From an uncultured Planctomycetota bacterium (GTDB lineage Bacteria > Planctomycetota > Planctomycetia > Isosphaerales > Isosphaeraceae), in contig CAVTTN010000002.1 of the NCBI GenBank assembly GCA_963737655.1, forward strand, positions 928,001-992,000: 64,000 bases of DNA, read 5' to 3'. Positions 33,320 to 41,348 of the stretch are shown in pieces (position 1 is the stretch's first letter; the number at the start of each line of letters is the position of its first letter). The notes beneath the pieces are model-generated. The model was not told the origin of the DNA and searched no databases. It worked only from the letters and a program-made list of their open reading frames with translations. The position numbers and the translations under genes were made by a program.

Positions 33320-33534
33320 ACGGGAAGGTGCGGCCAGGGGAAATTCCCGGAGTCAGCTCCGGCCGGCCCGCGACTGGTCGCCGAAGGGATTTCATCCGCG
33401 ATGACCCCGGATTTCATCCAGCTTCACAGCGGATTCGCCCCGGATGGCCCGATTCGGATCGTCCCCCGACGGCGAGGTCGTCCATCGCGGAGGCGGCCTT
33501 GCGATCTCGCGCCTCGGCGCGGGCGTCGTGATCG

Positions 33535-33981
33535 TCACCGGGGCGGTGCTGGTGGGGCTTCGGCTCCTGAAATTCGCCCTGTTTCACCGACCTTGAGACG
33601 CTCGGTCGATCGCAAGGCCCGGCGGATCGCCGGCGCCCAGGCGATCGCCGTGGCGACCACGATCGCCGCGAAGACGGTCACGGCGAGGATGTCGGAAGTC
33701 CTTCGATCCAGGACCATTCCGAACACCCTTCGAACGAACATTTGAATGAACGAGGAGTCCGGGACGGCGATCCCGCGGCCTCGGCGGATCCGGAAGTGCC
33801 AGTCGGTGCAGAGGCAGTAGCCCCAGCCGTAGAACGCCCCCATCACGAACCAGGAGAACGCCGTCATCCCCAGGACGATCAGATGCCACGGCCGGGTCTT
33901 CTTCCACGCCCAGCCGACCATGTTGAAGGCGATCAACACCGCGTGAAACACGAAGAACCCGTGGTCGAGCAGGGCGTCCAT
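33535..33981 (-). CDS. DUF2784-like membrane protein
   Basis: FH...I.FN..GW.W...R.WHL....T.FSW...G..YGWGYC.CTDWH. Confidence 0.8.
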   Translation of the reverse strand: MDALLDHGFFVFHAVLIAFNMVGWAWKKTRPWHLIVLGMTAFSWFVMGAFYGWGYCLCTDWHFRIRRGRGIAVPDSSFIQMFVRRVFGMVLDRRTSDILAVTVFAAIVVATAIAWAPAIRRALRSTERLKVGETGRISGAEAPPAPPR

Positions 33982-33989
33982 CGAGGCAA

Positions 33990-34823
33990 TCACCCTCCCA
34001 GGTTCAAATCGGTGAAGGCTTTCACCTGCTTGACGATCGCCGGCTCGGTGGGCAGCCTCTCGATGCTGCTGGCGCCGAAGAACCCGGCGATCCCCCGGGT
34101 GTTCGCGAAGATATAGGCCGCGTCCTCGGGCTCGGCGATCGGCCCTCCGTGGCACAGGACGATCAGGTCGGGCCGGACGGCCTTCGCGGCGTCGGCCATC
34201 GCCTGGACCCTCCGGGCCGCCTCGGGCAAGTCCATCGCCGATTTCGCGCCGATCATCCCCTTGGTGGTGAGGCCGACGTGGGGGACCAGGACATCGGCGC
34301 CGGCCTCGGCCATCAGGCGGGCTTCCTCGGGGTTGTGGACGTAGGGGCACGTCAGGAGGCCCATCTCGCGGGCCAGGGCGATCATGGCGACCTCCTTGTC
34401 ATAGCCCATCCCGGTCTCTTCCAGGCCCTGGCGGAAGACGCCGTCCACCAGGCCGACGGTCGGGAAGTTCTGGACGCCCGAGAACCCGGCCGCCTTCACG
34501 TCGGCAAGGAAATTCCTCATGATGCGGAACGGGTCGGTCCCGCAGACCCCGGCCAAAACCGGAGTCCTGTCGACCACGGGCAACACCTCGCGGGCCATCT
34601 CCATCACGATCGCGTTGGCGTCGCCATACGGCATGAGCCCGGCCAGGCTCCCGCGACCGGCCATCCGGTATCGGCCGGAATTATAAATGATGATCAGATC
34701 AATCCCGCCGGCCTCGGCGCACTTGGCGCTCAGGCCCGTGCCGGCCCCCCCGCCGACGATCGGGCGGCCCGAGGCGACCTTGGAGCGGAACCGGGCGAGG
34801 ATGGCGTCTCGGGATTCGGGCAT
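33990..34823 (-). CDS. phosphoenolpyruvate hydrolase-like TIM-barrel protein (TIM-br_sig_trns family)
   Basis: [68 protein letters not shown]. Confidence 0.92.
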   Translation of the reverse strand: MPESRDAILARFRSKVASGRPIVGGGAGTGLSAKCAEAGGIDLIIIYNSGRYRMAGRGSLAGLMPYGDANAIVMEMAREVLPVVDRTPVLAGVCGTDPFRIMRNFLADVKAAGFSGVQNFPTVGLVDGVFRQGLEETGMGYDKEVAMIALAREMGLLTCPYVHNPEEARLMAEAGADVLVPHVGLTTKGMIGAKSAMDLPEAARRVQAMADAAKAVRPDLIVLCHGGPIAEPEDAAYIFANTRGIAGFFGASSIERLPTEPAIVKQVKAFTDLNLGG

Positions 34824-34863
34824 GTTCGACCCTGGAAGCATGGAGGATGGAAAGGACACCTGG

Positions 34864-34931
34864 AGGGTGCATGAAATGCGCCATCTTCGATCGCATCTTC
34901 CATCGAAGATGGCGCATTTCATGCACCCTAC
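34864..34931. repeat. REP doublet (family A), perfect 28-bp inverted repeat with 10-nt loop
   Basis: AGGGTGCATGAAATGCGCCATCTTCGAT ... ATCGAAGATGGCGCATTTCATGCACCCT(AC); its minus-strand TAG is the stop of the Tm-1-like ORF. Confidence 0.85.
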
Positions 34932-36625
34932 GGGTGGCCCTGGGCGATTGGCGCCAATCGCCCCACTTCGGGGAAGCCGAGCTTCTCAAAAAACCCGGGG
35001 GATGGGCCGGGCCCGACGATCACCTCGGCGAGCCCTTCGGCCGAGGCGCGATTCAACAGCGTGGTGAGCAGCCGCGAGCCGATCCCGTGGTTTCGGACCT
35101 CACCGGCCACGCCCACGGCGACGATCTCGCCCGACCGCCCGCGCCTGGCCATCACCGCCGCCGCCACGATCCGGCCGTCCGGCCCCCGGACGATCAACGT
35201 CTCGTCGATCCAGGCGGACAGGTCTTCGACTTCCAGCCCGAGCCCTCGGAAGAACCCGGAGACGTCCGCCAGCTCGTCCGGCTCGGCCCAGGATGTGGCC
35301 ATCCTCGTCCGTTCGCGGAGCCTCGGGTCGAAGTCCTTCATCATGTCCAGGAGGAGCCGGGCCGCGGCGTCGGCGAACTTGGGGTCGTTGATGTGTTCCG
35401 GGCGTTCGAGGATGGGGATGTCGGGCCGATCGGCCAGCCCCTGGCGGATCGCGGCGAACAGCGAGGCATTCGCCTCCGGGTCGTGGAACGGCTGGCCCGG
35501 GGCGTCGAGCGCCGACACCCCGCCGAGGGGGAGGATCACGGCGGTCGGGCCGATCGCCGTCTTCACGGCGTCGGCCAGCCGGCGGCCGATCGCGGCCGAT
35601 TCCTCGGCGGTCGTCCTCATCAGGGTCACGTTGGCGTTGTGGACGTGGAACAACCGGCCGGAGAAGCGGTCGGGGACGGTCTCCCTCGGCCCGAAGTTCA
35701 CCATGTCGAGCGCGCCGACGCTCACGACCTGGGGGACGCCCTTCCTCGCCGCCGCCTTCAGGCGATCGGGGCCGGCCGAGAGGATGCCGCCGACGATCTC
35801 GTCGGCGAGCTCGGTCGTGGTCAGGTCCAAAACGCCGGAGACCCGGCCGTCTCGGATCAGACCCTCCATCGCCTGGCCGCCGACTCCGGTGGCGTGGAAG
35901 ACGAGGACCTCGCAGCCCAGGGCTTCGAGACCCACGCGGGCCCGATCGACGCTCGGCGTCGTCACGCCGAACATCGTCGCCGCGACGACCGGCCAATCCT
36001 CGTCGTCGATCGCGAGTTCCTGGCGTTCCCGCCGGATGGACCGAGGCGAGAGCGGGCCGCTGGTCGAGAGGTCCGCGTCCACGAACACCACGTCGGGAAG
36101 GCTCCTCGTCGCCATCCCGGCCATCGCAAAAGCCGCGTTCGTCAAGACGGTCTTCGTGATCCGGTTCAGCCCGGCGATGTCTGCGACCGAGTGCATCATG
36201 AGGATGTCGCTGCCGACGACGAACGGGCGGGTCTGGCCGCTGGCCAGGGTGCTGACCATCAGTTTCGGCACGCCGAAGGGCAGGGCCCGCATCGCGGCCG
36301 TCCCGATCGTCGTCCCGGCCGACCCGCCGATCGCGAGGACGCCCTCGACCTCTCCCCGGGCGTGGAGATCGACCACGATCGACGCCACCCCTCGGGCCGC
36401 CGCCTCCACGGCCCGGCCGCGATCGCCGGCGGCCTTCAATTCGTCCGCCGAAGTCCCGGCGCGGAAGAACACGCGCTCGCGATCGACGTCCGCCTCGCAC
36501 CGAGGGGGCCCGAGAGAGCCGGCATCGATCACGATCGAGCCGACGCCCGACCGCCTGAGGAGGTCGCGGACGAACGCGAGTTCCGCGCCCTTGGTATCGA
36601 GGGTCGCGATCAAAACGACGGGCAT
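34928..36625 (-). CDS. Tm-1-like (UPF0261) ATP-binding protein with C-terminal GNAT-like domain
   Basis: [59 protein letters not shown]; then V...[11 protein letters not shown]...FFEKLGF. Confidence 0.88.
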   Translation of the reverse strand: MPVVLIATLDTKGAELAFVRDLLRRSGVGSIVIDAGSLGPPRCEADVDRERVFFRAGTSADELKAAGDRGRAVEAAARGVASIVVDLHARGEVEGVLAIGGSAGTTIGTAAMRALPFGVPKLMVSTLASGQTRPFVVGSDILMMHSVADIAGLNRITKTVLTNAAFAMAGMATRSLPDVVFVDADLSTSGPLSPRSIRRERQELAIDDEDWPVVAATMFGVTTPSVDRARVGLEALGCEVLVFHATGVGGQAMEGLIRDGRVSGVLDLTTTELADEIVGGILSAGPDRLKAAARKGVPQVVSVGALDMVNFGPRETVPDRFSGRLFHVHNANVTLMRTTAEESAAIGRRLADAVKTAIGPTAVILPLGGVSALDAPGQPFHDPEANASLFAAIRQGLADRPDIPILERPEHINDPKFADAAARLLLDMMKDFDPRLRERTRMATSWAEPDELADVSGFFRGLGLEVEDLSAWIDETLIVRGPDGRIVAAAVMARRGRSGEIVAVGVAGEVRNHGIGSRLLTTLLNRASAEGLAEVIVGPGPSPGFFEKLGFPEVGRLAPIAQGHP

Positions 36626-36786
36626 GGCGGATCGTTCCCCTTCGCTCCGACGCCCTCTCTGGCCCCTCGGCCGACGATCGGGCATAATCGCCGGCCCCGG
36701 GCGGGTTCGGAATCGCATTGGAGCACGACCGCCCCCCGGAGGGAACGGCCCGCCCCTCGAAACCCGATCCCGGAGACCGTCTCGCG

Positions 36787-37581
36787 ATGGACGAATCGAA
36801 GCCCCAGGCCGTGGCGATCGTGACCGGGGCGGGGCAGGGGATCGGCCTGGGGATCGCCGAGGCCCTCGCCCGGCTCGGCCTCCGCGTGGCCCTGGCCGAC
36901 GTCGTCGCCGATCGCGCCGAGGCCGAGGCCGAGCGGCTCCGAAACAACGGTCACGACGCCCTCGGCCTGTTCCTGGACGTGACCGACGCCCCGTCCTGGG
37001 CCTCCGCGGTCTCGGAAGTGACCGGCCGATGGGGGCGGATCGACGTCCTGGTGAACAACGCCGGGATCAGCCCGAGGGGCACCGCGGAATCGACCGACGA
37101 GGCCCTCTGGGACCGGACCATGTCCATCAACCTGAAGGGCCCGTGGCTGGGGATCAAGGCCGCCATGCCGTGGCTCCGGGAAACGAAAGGCGCGATCGTG
37201 AACGTCGGCTCGACCCGGGCGACGCGGCCCCGCAAGGGGATGGTGGCCTACGGGGCGAGCAAGGCGGGCCTGCTCGGGCTCACGAGGCAAGTGGCCGTCG
37301 ACGGCCTGGACGACGGCGTGACGTGCTCGATGGTGGCCCCCGGCTGGGTGGACACCCCGGGAGAGCGGATCATCCAGGCCGCCCACGGCCGCCCCGAGTT
37401 CCCCGAGGGTACAAGAAACCTGATCACGGCCGACGAGGTGGGCCAGGCCGTCGCCTTCCTCGTCTCGCCGACCGGCCGGAGGGTCAACGGCGCGATCCTC
37501 TACGTCGATTCCGGGCTCCACGCCGCCGACAACGCCGAGATGGTGTACCTCCCGCCAAAAGACGTTCGGGGCTACACCTGA
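36787..37581 (+). CDS. SDR family oxidoreductase
   Basis: TGAGQGIG, NNAG, YGASK. Confidence 0.93.
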   Translation: MDESKPQAVAIVTGAGQGIGLGIAEALARLGLRVALADVVADRAEAEAERLRNNGHDALGLFLDVTDAPSWASAVSEVTGRWGRIDVLVNNAGISPRGTAESTDEALWDRTMSINLKGPWLGIKAAMPWLRETKGAIVNVGSTRATRPRKGMVAYGASKAGLLGLTRQVAVDGLDDGVTCSMVAPGWVDTPGERIIQAAHGRPEFPEGTRNLITADEVGQAVAFLVSPTGRRVNGAILYVDSGLHAADNAEMVYLPPKDVRGYT

Positions 37582-37602
37582 GCCTCGGTCCCGTCGGTGA
37601 GC

Positions 37603-38067
37603 TCACATCCCGCCGAAGGGAGTGAAGCGGAAGGGGAAGTGGGTCCAGGATGGGAACGGGGGCGGAGGCGGTGGCGGGTCCGCCGGGACCGCCTCCCAGG
37701 GATGCCGGAGGGCCCGATCCCACTTGGCTTGCATCCGCTTGTGATAAATGTGCCTCTCCGTGATCATCCGGAGCGGCTCCCGTTTGTCCTCGGGACAACG
37801 GTCCAGCACGGCCTTCCAGATCGGGGAATCGGCCAGGTCGGGCGAGTCGCCCATCGGGGCGTCGAGGCCCTCGCCGCCGACCTCTCTCTGGGCGGGTTCC
37901 AGATACATGCACCGCAAATTATAACAAATGTTTTTATGCTTATATGATTTGGCAAAGCACTCCGTCTGCCAACCTTGGCGGAGTACCAGGCTGATCAGGG
38001 CCAACGGGATGGAAAGACCCGCCACGGCCCACATCATCCGTTTCACGGTGAATCGCGATCGCGGCAT
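37603..38067 (-). CDS. membrane-anchored hypothetical protein
   Basis: RFTVKRMMWAVA N-terminus and YH.....KW..A.RHPWE.VP.DPPPP C-terminus; AT-richer centre. Confidence 0.65.
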   Translation of the reverse strand: MPRSRFTVKRMMWAVAGLSIPLALISLVLRQGWQTECFAKSYKHKNICYNLRCMYLEPAQREVGGEGLDAPMGDSPDLADSPIWKAVLDRCPEDKREPLRMITERHIYHKRMQAKWDRALRHPWEAVPADPPPPPPPFPSWTHFPFRFTPFGGM

Positions 38068-38120
38068 CGGCGCTCTCCTGGAATGCCACGAACCTCGCGG
38101 CGGCCGATCGGCCCTCACTT

Positions 38121-38238
38121 CGTCTCGCCGACCGGCCCGAGGGTCAACGGAGCGATCCTCGACATCGATCCCCGGCTCCACGCCGACAACGCCGAGATGG
38201 TGGACCGGCCGCCGCAGGACGCGTGGTGCTCGACCCGA
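38121..38238 (+). pseudogene. degenerate duplicate of the last ~120 bp of the SDR gene (37461-37581)
   Basis: CGTCTCGCCGACCGGCC(G/C)GAGGGTCAACGG.GCGATCCTC...GACAACGCCGAGATGGTG is repeated 660 bp downstream with substitutions and a 3-bp indel. Confidence 0.8.
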
Positions 38239-38310
38239 TCGCGCCTCGCCCGCGTGTTCTGCATTGTGGCATGACTTCCCGGAAGATCAACAAGCAGGAG
38301 GTGCGACCGG

Positions 38311-38538
38311 ATGACGACCATTCCTGCGCGGCTGATCGGCGATCAGACGCTCCTGCCTCGCGACGAGCTGGAACGTCTCGTGGCGATCGCCCGACTCAGC
38401 GAGGCGATCGAACTGGCCCTCCAGCCCGATGACCTCCCGACCCTCGGCCTGATGAGGCTCGCGGAGACGGGCGGGGCCTTCGACTTCTGGTCCGACCCCG
38501 GCGAGGACCTCGACACGGAAGACCGTTCTCGGGAATAA
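38311..38538 (+). CDS. small hypothetical protein, antitoxin-like
   Basis: AGGAGG RBS; LMRLAETGGAFDFW.DP.ED C-terminus. Confidence 0.6.
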   Translation: MTTIPARLIGDQTLLPRDELERLVAIARLSEAIELALQPDDLPTLGLMRLAETGGAFDFWSDPGEDLDTEDRSRE

Positions 38539-38544
38539 CGTCGG

Positions 38545-38919
38545 TCAGGCCGGGACGAACGTCACCAGGATCTCGCGGCCGACGGCCGTGGTCAGTCGTT
38601 CGACGGTCTGAAATGTCGGGTTGGTGATCTTGCCCGCCTCCAGCCGGGAGAGGGCCTCGCCGTCGATCTCGGCCTTCTCGGCGAGCTCGGCGATCGAGAG
38701 GCCCTGGGCCTCGCGCTCGGCCCGGATCATGGCCGCCAGGCGGGCCACGGCGCGGGGGATCGCCGGCGGGATCTCCTCCTCCACGAGGTCGCGAACCCGC
38801 CGCTCCGCCTCGCGAGCCTCGGCGGTCGCATGCCTCGCTCGGATGCGATCGACGGCGGACCTCTGCTCGGGCGTCATCCGCTCATAGGTCGCTCTTTGGC
38901 GGTCGTTCATGGCATTCAT
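38545..38919 (-). CDS. XRE/HTH_3 transcriptional regulator (HigA-like)
   Basis: IRAEREAQGLSIAELAEKAEID..ALSRLEAGK..NPT..T. Confidence 0.88.
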   Translation of the reverse strand: MNAMNDRQRATYERMTPEQRSAVDRIRARHATAEAREAERRVRDLVEEEIPPAIPRAVARLAAMIRAEREAQGLSIAELAEKAEIDGEALSRLEAGKITNPTFQTVERLTTAVGREILVTFVPA

Positions 38920-38992
38920 CCCCCTCCTGGTTCATCTTATCGTCCCCCCGGCCGTCTTCCACGGGTCGATCCGCTCGAGGCTCGGCGCGCCC

Positions 38993-39460
38993 TCAAATCC
39001 CCTCCTCGATCAGGATGGGCATCCGGGGGGATCGGGTCATGATCTGATAATAATGGCTGGACGGCTCGCAGACGACGTAGACCACGGCGATCCCTCGTTC
39101 GTCGGGGACGAGGAGGCCTCGGAGGCCCTGGCGGACTCGATACCACACGCCTTTCTCCAGGGCGAGCGAGGCGGGGACGTCCACCGGGATCGCCCCCGAG
39201 CCTTGCCAGCCGCCGGCCTCGATCGTCCTCATCCAGGTCCAGCCGGTCCGGGGCAAGAATCGGCTCTGCCCCCGGCCGTTCCCCCACCGGACGATTTGCA
39301 GCCGCCCGTCCCGCCAGACCGGCAGCCTCGGCACGCGATCGCGATAGAGGAACCGGACCTCGCGCTCGCCGCCCCGGTCATGGGCGCGACGGTCCAGGCC
39401 GTGCCGCCCGATCAGCTCCGTGGGCAATTCGCTCCATGCCAGGGCGATCCCGACACACAT
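38993..39460 (-). CDS. divergent minimal SRAP/HMCES-like protein (155 aa)
   Basis: Met-Cys2 start, VRWG, VPASLALE (cf. IPADGFYE), RMPILI at the C-terminus (cf. HDRMPVIL); downstream of the Y-family polymerase. Confidence 0.6.
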   Translation of the reverse strand: MCVGIALAWSELPTELIGRHGLDRRAHDRGGEREVRFLYRDRVPRLPVWRDGRLQIVRWGNGRGQSRFLPRTGWTWMRTIEAGGWQGSGAIPVDVPASLALEKGVWYRVRQGLRGLLVPDERGIAVVYVVCEPSSHYYQIMTRSPRMPILIEEGI

Positions 39461-39489
39461 GGCCTTACGGAGTGGCTCGGAGGGCCTCG

Positions 39490-39689
39490 GAGGGCTGAGG
39501 GCTGAGGGCTGAGGGCTGAGGGGAGGATGCGGTGGGCGGGCTTTGCCCGCCGCTTGGTTGGCGGGTTTCACCCGCCCTACACGACGGTGCATTTCATGCA
39601 CCCTACATGCCTCCACTGCCCACTGCCCACTGCCCACTGCCCACTGCTTTCTGCCCACTGCTTTCTGCCCACTGCTTTCTGCCCACTGC
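39490..39689. repeat. composite repeat: (GAGGGCT)4, three REP-like hairpins, then 11 heptamers (CCACTGC/TTTCTGC)
   Basis: 39490-39517 heptamers; 39531-39551, 39560-39580 (..CCCTAC) and 39586-39606 (family A reverse complement); 39613-39689 heptamers. Confidence 0.9.
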
Positions 39690-39691
39690 TG

Positions 39692-40927
39692 CTAAAAACA
39701 GATCTTGCCGCGGACGTCGCAGATGTCGTAGGAGTTCGCCCCGTCCTGGTAGATGGCCGCCAGGGGGAGGGTGGCGGCGCTTCGGAGGAGGAAGCGGCCG
39801 AGACGGGTGTTGACCTCTCGCTTCAACTTCGCGACCGCCTCGGCCCTCGCGGCTCCGGGCGGCTCGAACAGGGACCGTTGGGCGTCGGACTTCGGCCTCA
39901 GGCTCTCGGCGATCAGGTGCATGTGCGTGGCCTGGGACCTCGGCAGCCACGCCCGGCGGAGGCAGGGCCTGGCCGCGTCGAGCAAAACGTCGAACCGGTC
40001 GGTCGCGATCGCCAGGTCGATCTGCCCCGCGCCGAACTGGCCGTCCCGATAGTTGACCTGCACCGTCAGCCTCCCCGCGATCGTCTGATGGAATTCCAGC
40101 TCCTCGATCAGCCGCTCCAGGTTCCTCACCAGCCACGCATAAAGAATAATCGGGTCGGACGTGGACTCGCCGAAGCTCCCGCCCCGCGCCAGGGCCTTGT
40201 GGAGGGGGCGCCTCGGGTGGATCGGGTGGACGGGCTCGCCGTTGAGCTCCCACCAGAGGCCCTCGCCCGTGGCCGTCAGCAATTCGCGGACGAGACGGCG
40301 GTCGGCCCTGGCCAGGTCCAGGCACGTTTGCACGCCCCAGGGCAGGAGCCGCCTCGCCCTCCGGCCGGCGATCCCGGTGATCTCCGTCACGGGCCGATCG
40401 GCCAGAAGCGCCTCCTCGGCGTCCCGATCGAGCACCGCGCTCGCGCCGAACGGCTTGGCCGAGTCGGAGATCAGCTTCGCCAGGGTCCGCGTCCGGGCGA
40501 TCCCCACCGTGACCGGCACGCCCACCGCCCTGAAGATCCGGTCCCGGATGATCTCGGCCGCTTGCTGGTGCGTCTTCCCTCGGGGCGGGACGCTCAGGAA
40601 GAAGAACTCGTCGATCGAGTAATATTCGACCCTCGGCGAGAACTCGCGGACGCAGTCCAGCATCATCCGGCTCAACGTCTCATACCAGCGAAAATCCCGC
40701 TTGATGTAGATCCCATCGGGGCACTTGACCAGCGCCTCCCAGATCGGGATGCCGGTGCCGACGCCCTGGGCCTTCATCTCATAGCTCTTGGCGATCACGC
40801 ACGCCCCCTGGTTGCCCAGGACGCCCACCGGCTTGCCCAGCAAGAACGGGTCGCGGACCCTCTCGGCCGAGACATAGAAGCAATCGGCGTCGAGATGGCC
40901 CACGGCGGTCGCCGTCGTCGTCCTCAT
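39692..40927 (-). CDS. Y-family DNA polymerase (DinB/UmuC-like)
   Basis: HLDADCFYVS, VIAKSYE, YSIDE, VGIA..RTLAK, KP.G, I.GI. Confidence 0.92.
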   Translation of the reverse strand: MRTTTATAVGHLDADCFYVSAERVRDPFLLGKPVGVLGNQGACVIAKSYEMKAQGVGTGIPIWEALVKCPDGIYIKRDFRWYETLSRMMLDCVREFSPRVEYYSIDEFFFLSVPPRGKTHQQAAEIIRDRIFRAVGVPVTVGIARTRTLAKLISDSAKPFGASAVLDRDAEEALLADRPVTEITGIAGRRARRLLPWGVQTCLDLARADRRLVRELLTATGEGLWWELNGEPVHPIHPRRPLHKALARGGSFGESTSDPIILYAWLVRNLERLIEELEFHQTIAGRLTVQVNYRDGQFGAGQIDLAIATDRFDVLLDAARPCLRRAWLPRSQATHMHLIAESLRPKSDAQRSLFEPPGAARAEAVAKLKREVNTRLGRFLLRSAATLPLAAIYQDGANSYDICDVRGKICF

Positions 40928-40934
40928 GGACGGG

Positions 40935-40963
40935 AGTTTAGATTGGACGAAAGTCCACGTCAA
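40935..40963 (-). promoter_or_regulatory. sigma70 promoter with internal palindromic operator TGGAC-N4-GTCCA; probably leaderless
   Basis: Minus strand TTGACG-TGGACTTTCGTCCAATC(17)-TAAACT-7 nt-ATG. Confidence 0.7.
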
Positions 40964-41029
40964 GGAGAATCGTCCAGGATCTTCGTCGATCGCCGTCCCC
41001 GGGGTGTCGCTCGGGGACCTGGATCGTCT

Positions 41030-41300
41030 GGGCCGCCCCCGGTTCTCGAACCGGCTGGGGGAGGAACCCCGGGCTCGTGTTCGACCGCTCTGGATCGTCT
41101 GGGGTGCCCCCGGTTCGAGAACCGGAGGGCACCCGGAACCGAAAGGTGAACGGCAAGGTCCAGATGCCGCGGCGATCCCGGGTGGCCCCGGTTCTCGAAC
41201 CGGGGTCGCGGAGCGACACGAGGCCGTCGCGCCCGCGTCCCGCCCAAGTCCCGGGCCTCTTGCGGCTGCGCCGCCCCGGTTCGAGAACCGGGGGCACCCG
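41030..41300. repeat. four copies of a palindromic repeat (family C, CCCCGGTTCTCGAACCGG) in alternating orientation
   Basis: Copies near 41037, 41108, 41186 and 41274, some with a GGGTG(C/G)C extension. Confidence 0.8.
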
Positions 41301-41348
41301 AAGAACTCCAGATTCGCGAGCGAACCCCCGTCGCCGGGCCTCCTCGCC

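Noticed and set aside
33320..33530. Possible structured ncRNA with two GGATTTCATCC copies
   Set aside because: No recognisable riboswitch or RNA family motif; short hairpins are expected at this GC content
37461..38238. Diversity-generating retroelement TR/VR pair
   Set aside because: Differences are not adenine-specific, include an indel, and no reverse transcriptase is in the window
41030..41300. Possible CRISPR array
   Set aside because: Units alternate in orientation, spacing is irregular, repeats are short and degenerate, and there are no cas genes
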